A DNA stretch of 64,000 bases from Candidatus Moraniibacteriota bacterium (lineage in GTDB: Bacteria; Patescibacteriota; Minisyncoccia; Moranbacterales; UBA1568): positions 117,704 to 181,703 of the forward strand of contig CAVZUR010000003.1 in the NCBI GenBank assembly GCA_963778555.1. The letters are read 5' to 3'. The stretch's first letter is position 1. Each line of letters begins with the position of its first letter. Position numbers and translations under genes: made by a program. The notes under the pieces were generated by a model that had not been told where the DNA came from, did no database searches, and was given only the letters and a program-made list of their open reading frames with translations. Positions 26,730-36,967 of the stretch are shown here, piece after piece.

Positions 26730-29609
26730 ATGCCTTCCTCTATCGAAAAAATCCAGAAACGAAACGGTGTCATCGTTGATTTCGAACCAGGCAAGATCGG
26801 TATAGCGATTCGCAAAGCCTTCCTCGCCGTCACCGGAAGCGTTTCCGATGAACGCGTCAAAGACATCGCGGAGGCGGTCGTCACCGGGCTGTCCGCGCTC
26901 AATACCGGCGCCCAAGTCGCGACTGTCGAACAAGTGCAGGACCTCGTCGAAAAGGAGATCATGAAAGCTGGATTCTTTGATGTCGCCAAGGCTTATATCC
27001 TCTATCGTTATGAGCACGCCAAGGAGCGCGAAGAAGAGAAGAAGGTCGTAGAGAAAAAGATCGAAGAGAACCAATTGAAAGTAAAGAAGCGCAATGGAAC
27101 GCTTGAGGTATTCTCGGAAGAGAAACTCCGCACTTCCTTTGTGAAAGCCGCGGGCGATCTTGCGGATAGCGTCGACGTCGAGACAATCATCGCCCAAGTT
27201 CGCTCCGAGATGTACGACGGCATCGAAACTAAAGATGTCGCACGCGCGCTCATCTGGACGGTCCGTGCAATCATCGAGCAGGACAATGTTTATTCACACC
27301 TCGCCTCGCGCCTCCTCCTCACTCGAGTGTACAAAGAGGTCATCGGACCCGACGAAATCAATTATCAAAAACTGGACGCTCAGTACCGTGAAGCGTTCGT
27401 CAAGAATCTCCGTCGGGCTGTCGAGTTCGAAAAGATCGACTCCGCACTCCTTGACTTCGACCTCTCTGCTTTAGCCGACGCGCTCAAGCCGGAACGCGAC
27501 GACTTGTTCCGCTATCTCGGTACGCAGACCCTGCATGACCGCTACTTCATCCAGGAGCCCCGAACAAAACGTGCGCTCGAAGCGCCGCAGATGATGTGGA
27601 TGCGCATCGCAATGGGCATGGCGCTCATGGAACGGAACCGGACAGAACGCGTCATCGAGTTCTACAACGTCATGTCGAGCTTACGTTTCGTGCCATCCTC
27701 GCCGACCCTCTTTCACGCCGGCACGCGCCATCCACAGCTCTCCAGCTGCTATCTCAACACTGTGAAGGATTCGCTCGATCACATCTTCAAGGTCTACAGC
27801 GACAACGCCCAGTTGTCCAAGTGGGCCGGCGGCATCGGTACCGACTGGTCATACCTCCGCGCTACCGGCGGCTATATCAAGGGCCCGGGGATCGAGAGCC
27901 AAGGCGTCATCCCATTCCTAAAAATCGCAAATGACGTCACCGTCGCCATCAACCGCTCAGGCCGTCGTCGGGGCGCCACCTGCGTCTACCTTGAAACCTG
28001 GCATGCCGATATCGAGGATTTCCTCGAACTCCGAAAAAATACCGGCGATGAGCGGCGGCGCACCCACGATATGGATACCGCCAACTGGATTCCCGACCTC
28101 TTCATGAAGCGGGTCCAGGCTGACGCCGACTGGACGCTGTTCTCACCCGAAGAAGTACCCGATCTCCACGATTTGTACGGCTCCGCATTCGAGAAACGCT
28201 ACATAGAGTATGAAGAAATGGCCAAGGCGCCAGGCCGTTTCCATATCGCCCGCACTATGAAGGCCCGCGACTTGTGGCGAAAAATGCTCGCAATGCTTTT
28301 TGAAACCGGCCACCCCTGGGTCACCTGGAAGGATCCGTCCAATGTCCGTTCGCCCCAGGATCATGTTGGTGTCGTCCACAATTCCAATCTCTGTACCGAA
28401 ATCACGCTCAATACATCCGAGCACGAGACGGCCGTCTGCAACCTGGGTTCCATCAATCTTGCGGTCCACATGAAAGACGGCGCTTTGGACGAAGCGAAAG
28501 TTCGCGAGACCGTTACGATCGCGATGCGCATGCTCGACAATGTCATTGACGTGAATTTCTACCCGACGATTGAGGCGAAGAACTCCAATATGCGCCATCG
28601 GCCCGTCGGCTTGGGGCTCATGGGCTTCCAAGACGCACTCTATCTGATGAATGTGAATTTCGATTCTGAGGCCTGTGTGCAATTCGCGGATACCTCGATG
28701 GAATTCATCAGCTATCACGCGCTCCTCGCTTCGACCGAGCTGGCTAAGGAACGCGGCGCCTATGCTTCGTTCAAGGGATCTAAATGGGACCGTGGCCTTC
28801 TCCCGGTCGACACGATCGCGCTTCTGGAGAAGGAGCGGGGGCAAAGCATCGATGTGGATCGCACGGAGCGCCTCGATTGGTCAATTGTGCGAACAGCCAT
28901 CACAGCGAATGGCATGCGCAATTCGAATTGCCTGGCCCTTGCGCCGACCGCGACCATATCGAACATCGCCGGCTGCGTCCCGACTATCGAGCCGATCTAT
29001 AAAAACATCTACGTGAAGTCGAACGTGTCCGGGGATTTCATCGTCATTAATCCCTACTTAGTCGACGAGCTCAAGAGCCTCAACCTCTGGGACTACGAGA
29101 TGGTCGGCAAGATCAAATACAATGATGGCTCTATCCAGAACATCACCGAGATTCCTGAAAAAGTCAGAGCGAAATACAAAGAGGTTTTTGAGATCGATCC
29201 ACGCTGGCTCATTCGCTCCGCCGCCTACCGCGGCAAATGGATCGACCAGAGCCAGTCCCTGAATATTTATTTCACCGGAACCTCAGGCAAGCAGCTCTCG
29301 GAAGTCTATCTCTACGCCTGGGCACTCGGACTGAAGACCACCTATTACCTCCGCACCCTCTCCGCTTCGCAAGTCGAAAAATCAACCGTTGACACGGCCA
29401 CCTACGGCTCCACCCACAAGCGCAGTGCCTCGACGACCGGCGGACGACCCGAGGGAACCGAGGAACAGCCGATAGAATCGCCGAAAAGCGCTCCGACCCA
29501 AACCCCACGGCAAGTCGTCCAGGCTCCCGTTAAGATCGTCAGCGCCCCGCCGGAGGGCCAACCGAAACTCTGCCGCATCGATGATCCGACCTGCGAATCC
29601 TGCCAATAA
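26730..29609 (+). CDS. nrdA: ribonucleoside-diphosphate reductase class Ia alpha subunit with N-terminal ATP-cone
   Basis: An ATP-cone (IQKRNGVIVDFEPGKI), the active-site NLCTEI, and a C-terminal CESCQ tail. Confidence 0.9.
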   Translation: MPSSIEKIQKRNGVIVDFEPGKIGIAIRKAFLAVTGSVSDERVKDIAEAVVTGLSALNTGAQVATVEQVQDLVEKEIMKAGFFDVAKAYILYRYEHAKEREEEKKVVEKKIEENQLKVKKRNGTLEVFSEEKLRTSFVKAAGDLADSVDVETIIAQVRSEMYDGIETKDVARALIWTVRAIIEQDNVYSHLASRLLLTRVYKEVIGPDEINYQKLDAQYREAFVKNLRRAVEFEKIDSALLDFDLSALADALKPERDDLFRYLGTQTLHDRYFIQEPRTKRALEAPQMMWMRIAMGMALMERNRTERVIEFYNVMSSLRFVPSSPTLFHAGTRHPQLSSCYLNTVKDSLDHIFKVYSDNAQLSKWAGGIGTDWSYLRATGGYIKGPGIESQGVIPFLKIANDVTVAINRSGRRRGATCVYLETWHADIEDFLELRKNTGDERRRTHDMDTANWIPDLFMKRVQADADWTLFSPEEVPDLHDLYGSAFEKRYIEYEEMAKAPGRFHIARTMKARDLWRKMLAMLFETGHPWVTWKDPSNVRSPQDHVGVVHNSNLCTEITLNTSEHETAVCNLGSINLAVHMKDGALDEAKVRETVTIAMRMLDNVIDVNFYPTIEAKNSNMRHRPVGLGLMGFQDALYLMNVNFDSEACVQFADTSMEFISYHALLASTELAKERGAYASFKGSKWDRGLLPVDTIALLEKERGQSIDVDRTERLDWSIVRTAITANGMRNSNCLALAPTATISNIAGCVPTIEPIYKNIYVKSNVSGDFIVINPYLVDELKSLNLWDYEMVGKIKYNDGSIQNITEIPEKVRAKYKEVFEIDPRWLIRSAAYRGKWIDQSQSLNIYFTGTSGKQLSEVYLYAWALGLKTTYYLRTLSASQVEKSTVDTATYGSTHKRSASTTGGRPEGTEEQPIESPKSAPTQTPRQVVQAPVKIVSAPPEGQPKLCRIDDPTCESCQ

Positions 29610-29652
29610 CCCCTTCCGACTCAGGACCGTCCATCCGCCGTAAAAGAAACAT

Positions 29653-30687
29653 ATGCCCATCAAGTTCACTACCGAACGTGTCGACATCAACCAACGCCGC
29701 ATCATCAATGGCGCAGACGCGGACGTCATTCAGCTCTATCCCATGAAGCATCACTTCGCGTGGGAAGCTTACAATGTCGGTAACGCGAACCACTGGCTCC
29801 CGACTGAAATCAGCATGCAGCTCGACATCGAACAATGGAAATCAAATCGCGTGCTCTCGGATGACGAGAGAAAAGCACTAAAGACGGTTCTCGGTTTTTT
29901 CTCAACTGCTGATTCAATCGCAGCCAACAATGTCGCCCTGGCCTTCTACAAACACATCACCTCACCCGAGTGCCGGCTCTACATCCTCCGCCAGGCCTAC
30001 GAGGAGGCGATTCATACCCACGCCTATCAATACATCGTGGAGAGTCTCGGACTCGATGAAGGCGAGATTTTCAATATGTACCGCGAGGTTGAGTCGATCC
30101 ACCGGAAAGATTCCTTTATCCTCCGCTTCAATGAAGGGATTTTCGATCCGAATTTCAAAACCGGCACGTTTGAAAATGACCAGAAATTCTTGGAGAATAT
30201 CGCCGTCTTCTCGCTCATCATGGAAGGCATCTTTTTCTACAGCTCTTTCGCGGTTATGTTCGGCTTCCAGCGGCAGAAGAAAATGACCGGGTCCGCCGAG
30301 CAGATTCAGTACATCATGCGCGATGAAAGTCAGCATCTCAATTTCGGCATCAATCTCATCAACACCATCAAAGAGGAGCAGCCCGAATTGTGGACACCCG
30401 AGTTCCAGCAGCATCTCGTCGACCTCGTGAAAGAAGCTACGGAGATGGAATACACTTTCGCCCGGGAAGTCTTTCCCACCGGCATCTTTGGGATGAACGC
30501 TGATAATTTCAAGCAGTACATCGAGCATATCGCTGATCGCCGCTTGGAACGTATTGGACTCCCAGTCCAATACCAGGTCGCCAATCCGTTTCCCTGGATG
30601 TCGGAGGCGGTTGACCTGTCCAAGGAAAAGAACTTCTTCGAAACGCGCGTGACCGAGTATCAGGTCGGCGGGACACTGAACTGGTAG
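29653..30687 (+). CDS. nrdB: ribonucleoside-diphosphate reductase beta subunit (ferritin-like diiron-tyrosyl)
   Basis: EEAIHTHAY and MRDESQHLNFG are the iron ligands. A FFYSSFA region follows. Confidence 0.9.
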   Translation: MPIKFTTERVDINQRRIINGADADVIQLYPMKHHFAWEAYNVGNANHWLPTEISMQLDIEQWKSNRVLSDDERKALKTVLGFFSTADSIAANNVALAFYKHITSPECRLYILRQAYEEAIHTHAYQYIVESLGLDEGEIFNMYREVESIHRKDSFILRFNEGIFDPNFKTGTFENDQKFLENIAVFSLIMEGIFFYSSFAVMFGFQRQKKMTGSAEQIQYIMRDESQHLNFGINLINTIKEEQPELWTPEFQQHLVDLVKEATEMEYTFAREVFPTGIFGMNADNFKQYIEHIADRRLERIGLPVQYQVANPFPWMSEAVDLSKEKNFFETRVTEYQVGGTLNW

Positions 30688-30752
30688 TCTCCTCCTTCCG
30701 AGCAAAGTGAAATTCTCGCCCGTGACTCGCTGGGTTTTGCTCGGCTCAAGAA

Positions 30753-30785
30753 AAAAGCGTGTATACTGGGAGAGCAAAGAAAACT
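30753..30785 (+). promoter_or_regulatory. conserved 5' block AAAAGCGTGTATACTGGGAGAG... shared with the paralog at 31675-31707 (extended -10-like TGTATACT plus GGGAG Shine-Dalgarno)
   Basis: About 33 nt are nearly identical immediately upstream of both pilin-like genes. Confidence 0.3.
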
Positions 30786-31550
30786 ATGAGTCAACACCTC
30801 AGTGCTTCCATTCTCGTGGTCGTCGGGATGATTTCGGTCGGGTTCGCGACCCCCGTCCAAGCGATGCACGATGGCCTGCTACACGAATACACTCAAGCCG
30901 CTTGCCAAGCTGAAACCGGCACCTGCAAACCTGGGGGCAATTCGTGCTTAGTGGGGCCTCAAGGAGAGGATTTGCTTGGATATTGTGATGGGCCAACCAA
31001 TGCCGTGAGCTGCTGTAAGCTCAAACCCACCGCCACCGCTCCCAATACGCAATTCAACTGTACTAATGTTCTGAGAGGAACCTGCAAGCTCGTCTCAGTC
31101 GGCTGTGGCGCCGGTATCACTCCCTTGGCTCCAGGGTCGAGCTGCGGCGTCGATGCGGCAGGAATCGGCCGCATCTGCTGCCCCATACCCGCGCCCGTCA
31201 CCGCTCCCACCCAAGTCACCGGCCCCAACCTGGGGAATTATCAGCTCCTGGAGCAGATTCCCGGCTCGACGAATACAGTCGGCAGCCTCAAGACCTATCT
31301 CGAGGATATGTATCGCTTCGCGTTCTGGACGGTTGGGATCGCGGTCGTTCTCATGCTCACAGTTGGCGGCTTCATGTATATGACGTCGGCAGGCAATACT
31401 TCGCGCATGTCGACAGCTAAAACGGTGATCTTCGATGCTATCCTCGGCCTCATTCTCGCACTCATGGCCTGGCTCTTCTTGTACGTCATCAACCCTGATT
31501 TGGTCAATCTCACGTTACCGACGGGGGTGACGGTGACGCCGGGAACTTAG
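30786..31550 (+). CDS. secreted Cys-rich protein with C-terminal TrbC/VirB2-pilin-like two-helix membrane module
   Basis: A signal peptide MSQHLSASILVVVGMISVGFATPVQA, then a Cys-rich region with 14 Cys, then FAFWTVGIAVVLMLTVGGFMYMTSAGNTSRMSTAKTVIFDAILGLILALMAWLFLYVI. Confidence 0.55.
   Translation: MSQHLSASILVVVGMISVGFATPVQAMHDGLLHEYTQAACQAETGTCKPGGNSCLVGPQGEDLLGYCDGPTNAVSCCKLKPTATAPNTQFNCTNVLRGTCKLVSVGCGAGITPLAPGSSCGVDAAGIGRICCPIPAPVTAPTQVTGPNLGNYQLLEQIPGSTNTVGSLKTYLEDMYRFAFWTVGIAVVLMLTVGGFMYMTSAGNTSRMSTAKTVIFDAILGLILALMAWLFLYVINPDLVNLTLPTGVTVTPGT
31197..31543 (+). repeat. 347-bp exact direct repeat (copy 1) encoding the shared TrbC/VirB2-like module; copy 2 at 32224-32570
   Basis: Identical byproduct ORFs 31295..31513 and 32322..32540. 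The offset is 1027 bp. Confidence 0.8.
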
Positions 31551-31628
31551 CTCAATATCTCAATAATCACAGCCTTGCATGTTGGATGATTGAGTCAAAA
31601 CATTGATTCACTGCCCGATCCGTCCTGA

Positions 31629-31661
31629 ATATGACTCGCGCGACGAGTCATATTTCTTTTC
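31629..31661 (+). terminator. intrinsic terminator: 10-bp perfect stem ATATGACTCG-CGCGA-CGAGTCATAT followed by TTCTTTTCTTCT
   Basis: A hairpin plus T-rich tract 80 bp after the stop codon of the first pilin-like gene. Confidence 0.55.
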
Positions 31662-31707
31662 TTCTCTCAGCCGAAAAGCGTGTATAATTGGAAAGGAAAA
31701 GAAAATC

Positions 31708-33183
31708 ATGAAAAAAAATGTCTCAACTTTTGTTTTTGGCACTGCCCTTGTCTTGATACTGCTTTCCTTTGCTGGACTAGCCAAGACTGCTTCTGCTCAA
31801 CAGTATACTCAACAGCAATGCCTTTCCATCTCTGGAGGTTTTGGTGCCTCCGAGGCTAATTGTGTTAGCAACGGGGATGTGAAGCTCGGGGATTATTTGA
31901 ATACCGCCTGCGTGGTAAATGGGGTTTGCTGCGGACCGATTTCAAGTCTTGGAAGAACGCCAAGCGGACCTGGCTGTGTCGCTCAAACTTGTGATCAGAT
32001 TGGAGGGGTGTGCACGACTGGGGCCTGCGGCACTGGCTTTGGTCCTGGACCAGCTGGGGCCTGCACCACTGGTCAATGCTGCATCCCAGGTGGAGGTGGT
32101 TCGTGTGCAAGCCAGGGTGGGACCTGTATGGGTAGCCTGACGCAAACCTGCGCTTCGCTCGGTCGGCAAACAGCCAGCGGGAGCTGCTTCACCCCGGGTC
32201 AGAATTGCTGCGGTGCTGCCATCGTCACCGCTCCCACCCAAGTCACCGGCCCCAACCTGGGGAATTATCAGCTCCTGGAGCAGATTCCCGGCTCGACGAA
32301 TACAGTCGGCAGCCTCAAGACCTATCTCGAGGATATGTATCGCTTCGCGTTCTGGACGGTTGGGATCGCGGTCGTTCTCATGCTCACAGTTGGCGGCTTC
32401 ATGTATATGACGTCGGCAGGCAATACTTCGCGCATGTCGACAGCTAAAACGGTGATCTTCGATGCTATCCTCGGCCTCATTCTCGCACTCATGGCCTGGC
32501 TCTTCTTGTACGTCATCAACCCTGATTTGGTCAATCTCACGTTACCGACGGGGGTGACGGTGACGCCGGGGGCCGCGACAGGGGTGGGGACGACTCCCGC
32601 GACACCTGCCGCTCCGACGATTACAACCCCTTTTCAATGCGGTCAAAACAGCGGTAATTGCAAGACCGGCAATCCTGCTAATCCCGTCTGCCTCCCGAAT
32701 GAGACCAAGATCGGGACCTGCGACGGGGGAGCAGGTGTGAACAACTGCTGCGCCGCCGCGGGAGTTGTCCCGGCCTGTAACTCGCTCCCCGGAGTCACCT
32801 GCGCGCCATGCGCCAATTGCTCTGTGATAGGCAGTAATATTCCATTCAAACCCTGCGGACTTGCACAGTGCTATCTGAACAGCGCACTGTTAGGAAAAAT
32901 ATCAAATATTACCGGCGTCTCGGGTTGGCGCGTCACTGAATCGTGGCCGCCGACGGTCGCACATATCAGCTTCTGTCATGCCAATGGCACGTGCGCCGAT
33001 ATTAACAATAGCGGCGGGCCAACCGACCCCGCGACCATCAAGACCTATTTTGATGCATTCCGAGCTGCTGGCCTGAATGTATTGTATGAGAATGGGGCGA
33101 GTTGCGCTCCCTACAATGCACTGGGTATAAATTGCGCGAGCTACCCCACCCAGACGAACCTCTCTTCGTTCCATGTTCAGTAG
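31708..33183 (+). CDS. secreted Cys-rich protein, paralog of 30786..31550, with identical central TrbC/VirB2-like module and additional Cys-rich N- and C-terminal domains
   Basis: The signal peptide is MKKNVSTFVFGTALVLILLSFAGLAKTASA. There are about 40 Cys in Gly-rich context, and the middle 115 aa are identical to gene 1. Confidence 0.55.
   Translation: MKKNVSTFVFGTALVLILLSFAGLAKTASAQQYTQQQCLSISGGFGASEANCVSNGDVKLGDYLNTACVVNGVCCGPISSLGRTPSGPGCVAQTCDQIGGVCTTGACGTGFGPGPAGACTTGQCCIPGGGGSCASQGGTCMGSLTQTCASLGRQTASGSCFTPGQNCCGAAIVTAPTQVTGPNLGNYQLLEQIPGSTNTVGSLKTYLEDMYRFAFWTVGIAVVLMLTVGGFMYMTSAGNTSRMSTAKTVIFDAILGLILALMAWLFLYVINPDLVNLTLPTGVTVTPGAATGVGTTPATPAAPTITTPFQCGQNSGNCKTGNPANPVCLPNETKIGTCDGGAGVNNCCAAAGVVPACNSLPGVTCAPCANCSVIGSNIPFKPCGLAQCYLNSALLGKISNITGVSGWRVTESWPPTVAHISFCHANGTCADINNSGGPTDPATIKTYFDAFRAAGLNVLYENGASCAPYNALGINCASYPTQTNLSSFHVQ
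32224..32570 (+). repeat. 347-bp exact direct repeat (copy 2)
   Basis: See copy 1. Confidence 0.8.
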
Positions 33184-33214
33184 GTTTGCTATCTACCGAA
33201 ATTGATAATCTCCC

Positions 33215-34357
33215 ATGAAAAAACTCTTCATCATTTCCGGGTCATTCTTCCTCCTCGTCCTCGCGTTTCTCGCGGTCTATAATTTTGCGTTCAAGAACAA
33301 CACCTCCAATCCAATCGCCGATCCAGAGAAGAAGGCGGCTGCGGAGAAGAAAGACGAGACCGCCGCAGAAACAGTCACGCGCTCGGTCGCCTTTGAACAG
33401 ATTCTCACTGAGAACGTTTTCCAAGCTACCGCAGGGGAAACGGGGATCTTCTACTATTCCAAACGCGACAATCTGCTCAAAGAATCAACCTTCGACGGCA
33501 AACGCACCATACCGAGGACGGGACAGCTCCCTGGCACACCTGCGCGTATCGTCTGGTCGCCCAACTTACTCGGCGCCCTCTTTCTCGTGAAGGAAACCGG
33601 GGGTGATCTTTGGTATTACGCTGATCTCCGCAACCAAGCCATCACCCCGCTCAAAAAAGGCTGGTCTCGCCTCGCCTGGACCAGCCTCAGTGATCGTATC
33701 CTCTACCAATACACTGACCCTGTCACTGGCGACCGGACCATGAATATCGCCTATCCTGATGGTTCAAACTGGACCAAGCTCGCTGATTTAGGCAAAGATG
33801 ACCACTTCATCTCTGTTATCCCCCAATCGAGCCTAATTGCTTTCTGGCCAAAAACTGACGGGGGACGTGAGAGCGCGCTCGAGACCGTCAATATCAACGG
33901 CCAGAACCGCCGTACTGTCCTCGCCGGCCGGTTCGGTGCGGATTTCCTTTGGTCGCCAGACAGCCGGCGTATCCTCGTCCAAAGTATCACAGCTCGTAAT
34001 GGGAATATGCTCGTGCTCGGACTCGTTGACGAAAATGGCATCGGCTACAAGGATCTCCATGCGCCGACTCTCGTCTCAAAAGTCGCCTGGTCAAAGAACA
34101 ACGATACTTTCTATTATTCACTCCCGGGGGCTTTTCCATCCGACGTCATACTGCCCAACGATTATTTCGGCAAGCCAGCGTACAGCAAGGATACCTTCTG
34201 GAAAATGAACGTGCGGACCGGCAAGAAAGAGCGGCTCGTACCGCTCGGCGACATGCAGATGGCTTTCGATGCGACGGACGTATTCCTCTCTCCGACCGAG
34301 ACTGATCTCTACTTCGTCGATCGGACCACTGAAAAGCTCTACCGTATCACGCTCTGA
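33215..34357 (+). CDS. membrane-anchored beta-propeller protein (TolB/PD40-like repeats)
   Basis: An N-terminal TM helix. WSPN...LWSPDSRRIL...KVAWSKNNDTFYY recurs as a repeat typical of PD40-type propellers. Confidence 0.45.
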   Translation: MKKLFIISGSFFLLVLAFLAVYNFAFKNNTSNPIADPEKKAAAEKKDETAAETVTRSVAFEQILTENVFQATAGETGIFYYSKRDNLLKESTFDGKRTIPRTGQLPGTPARIVWSPNLLGALFLVKETGGDLWYYADLRNQAITPLKKGWSRLAWTSLSDRILYQYTDPVTGDRTMNIAYPDGSNWTKLADLGKDDHFISVIPQSSLIAFWPKTDGGRESALETVNINGQNRRTVLAGRFGADFLWSPDSRRILVQSITARNGNMLVLGLVDENGIGYKDLHAPTLVSKVAWSKNNDTFYYSLPGAFPSDVILPNDYFGKPAYSKDTFWKMNVRTGKKERLVPLGDMQMAFDATDVFLSPTETDLYFVDRTTEKLYRITL

Positions 34358-35366
34358 TCCGAAGTGCGGCTACACACAGCCCCAGACAGCCCCAGACGGC
34401 CAGCGCAAGGTCGTTTTTCATATACGGCGTATCAACCAGTCCCGAGACCAGGTAGAGTACTAGAAGCGCGCAGGCAAGCGTACTGAGGCCGCTGGACGCT
34501 TCTGGCGCCTCTACAGTCAACGCTCTCATCTGAGGATGCCGAAAGACATACGTCAGTACACCCAAGAAACCAATCAATGTAAGCACTCCACCCTCGAGGA
34601 GCAGGGTCAGGTAGAGATTGTGCGGCGTCGGCACCGCCCATTCGAGGTAGGGCTGGTAGAGAGGTTGATAACCCAGATAGACTTCCTGGAACCGCCCTGG
34701 CCCGATGCCCCATGGGAAACTCTCGGTGACCGCCCTCCCTGCGACACGCCAGATTATGAGACGCGACGCGAGAGACGTACGGCTATCGCCCGAAATAAGA
34801 CTCTGCCATTTCTGAGACTCTTGCTCTTGGAAAATTCCAATTCCTCCCAGACAGAGCAATAGTCCGAGAATAAGGACGAACTGACGACGCTTGGTTCGCC
34901 ACTGCATCCAGGCCAGCGAGAGGAGTCCGACCATAACCCCTAGCCAGGTGCTGTACGAATGCGTCAGGTACAGTACCACGACAATCAGGCTGCCGGACAA
35001 GGCGGTCAGCACACGGATGAGAATCGATCGATACGAACTAAAGAAGAAAATCGATAGCGGCACTCCCGGGGCTAAGAGCAGCGCAAGATAATTCGCTGAC
35101 TGATAGGGGCCGGCGAGTCGGCCATCATAGAGGAACCAGCCGAAGGAAGCCGCTGTTAAACTCGCACCCGCAGCAGCTGAAAGACCAAGAAGCCACGCTC
35201 CAAAGAGCCACACGAGCCGCTCACGCGTCGCTCCCCAGAAGATGATGAGGAGACTGAAGAATCCGGGGATGAAATAGAAACTTTTTATTTTCCCAAGGCC
35301 GGAAGGCACATGCGGATTGGTAAAATACGACAGTACAACTCCCGCAATGAAGAGTCCGAGCCACAC
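34347..35366 (-). CDS. O-antigen ligase/polymerase family membrane protein (Wzy_C-like)
   Basis: It has at least 10 TM helices, the Wzy_C-like loop HNLYLTLLLEGGVLTLIGFLG and a large periplasmic loop. Confidence 0.6.
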   Translation of the reverse strand: MWLGLFIAGVVLSYFTNPHVPSGLGKIKSFYFIPGFFSLLIIFWGATRERLVWLFGAWLLGLSAAAGASLTAASFGWFLYDGRLAGPYQSANYLALLLAPGVPLSIFFFSSYRSILIRVLTALSGSLIVVVLYLTHSYSTWLGVMVGLLSLAWMQWRTKRRQFVLILGLLLCLGGIGIFQEQESQKWQSLISGDSRTSLASRLIIWRVAGRAVTESFPWGIGPGRFQEVYLGYQPLYQPYLEWAVPTPHNLYLTLLLEGGVLTLIGFLGVLTYVFRHPQMRALTVEAPEASSGLSTLACALLVLYLVSGLVDTPYMKNDLALAVWGCLGLCVAALRIRA

Positions 35367-35641
35367 GAAAAATATTCGCTCTGTGATCAGAATTTCACGG
35401 AAACGGAGAGTGGTCGACAGACTGCCTCATGGCAACGACGAGTACCCCGCCACGATGAGAACCACTGTCTCACCAAGATAGAGTGGCAGTCCGAACAGGG
35501 AGATAGGTGAGCAATTGGGAGGAACAGAAACACTGCTGCGAGCAACGCGAGAATCGGGTCCGAAAAAGCTGTCCGGACACGGTCTACGAGAGGGAAGGGT
35601 GAAGTTTTCTCTCGCCATATAACTCTATTCTATCAGGCGGC

Positions 35642-36960
35642 TCAGCCGTTTTGCGTCGCCTGAGGTCCGTCCACCTCTGCGAGTGCGAGGCACAAGACCA
35701 GAAGCAACATACTGTATGTAGAGAAAAGCGCAGTTTCAAAAAACGAATGCACGAGATACAAAACGAGAGCAGCTAATACAGCTGGTGCGAGTGCCCAGCG
35801 CTGACTCGCTCGAATCAGTCGCCTCAGGGCATGGAACAACATGCCCAAGAAAAAAACCAGGCCTATGAAGCCGAGTTCGACTGTCACATCCAGATAGAGG
35901 TTATGCGCATAAAACGGTGTCTCCGGCGAAGCGATCGGCCGGACAGAGCGTCAAATAATTGCCGATCCCAGTGCCAAATACGGGCGTTTGAGCAATGGTG
36001 TGAAACGCCTCGCGCCAGAGGGTGATCCGCTCGATACTTGAAGCGTCTCTGAGGGAGAAGCTGGTGAGAAAACGGGACAGGATCGGTCCGCCCGCGATGA
36101 GGAGAAGGAGGAAGCTCCTCCCAACACCGGCCCAATCGATGTTTTCCGCTCATAGAAAGAGTTGGCCACACCAGCCACAGTATAGAGCCCTGTCGCCGCC
36201 ACAAGTCCGACATATCCCCCCCGGGAGAAAGTAAGAATATCCACGAGAAAAAGCAGTGCGGCGATCCAGAGATAGCGAGACTGACGAGATACCCCCGCGA
36301 GGCCGAGTGCCAAGAATCCGCTCATACCGAAGAAATATGCCGCCACATGCGGGTCAGGAAAAAGCGCTGATGCGCGCAGTATCGTCACGCCGTCGATATT
36401 CACCAGTAGGCTTGGGTACGCGGCGACCATACTTCCCGAGTTCGCGACCGAGGAAAAACGGGAGCAGGCGATCAATGAGAACATGGAACGTCACACCGAC
36501 TCCCCAGACGAACTGGGAAAGGAACAGAATAAGCGCGACAGCCGCAGCAGCGGCGGCGCCCCAGACAAGCGCTGAAACCAGCATAGCCTGAGTCTGAATC
36601 TCACGCTCGAAACAGATCATTCCAGACAAGGATGAGTGGAAAGAAATTGATAAGGAAAACGATCTTGGGAAGCGCCGCTCCAACCGGGACGCCCAGAGCA
36701 GAGAGCCGGCGGCCACCACTAGGAATGAAGTCCAGAGGCCGACGAATACCAGGCGGGGCAACAGCCAGACCGGCGTGAAAAAACGGTGATTAGAAAAGCG
36801 ATAAGGTAAGCACCGCCACGAATCGCGAAAGTGGGATATCCCAGCGACCCAGGAATGGAAGGGTGAACTGAAAGGGAAGCGTGATGAGGAGGAGAGCGGA
36901 GAGATGATATACCATATGGCTTCAGAAGATGGATCGGAGTTTGTTTCCGAGGACCAGGCA
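35642..36960 (-). pseudogene. second O-antigen-ligase-like gene fragmented into at least 3 ORFs (35642..35887, 35951..36484, 36354..~36960) by frameshifts
   Basis: The fragments carry the ligase-like motifs LLFLVDILTFSRGGYVGLVAATGLY and HSFFETALFS in different frames. Confidence 0.4.
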
Positions 36961-36967
36961 GGCGGTC

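Noticed and set aside
26412-27197. 261-aa ORF on the minus strand
   Set aside because: It is entirely antisense to the well-supported SOD-like and nrdA genes and has no recognisable motifs. It is a by-product of a GC-rich coding strand.
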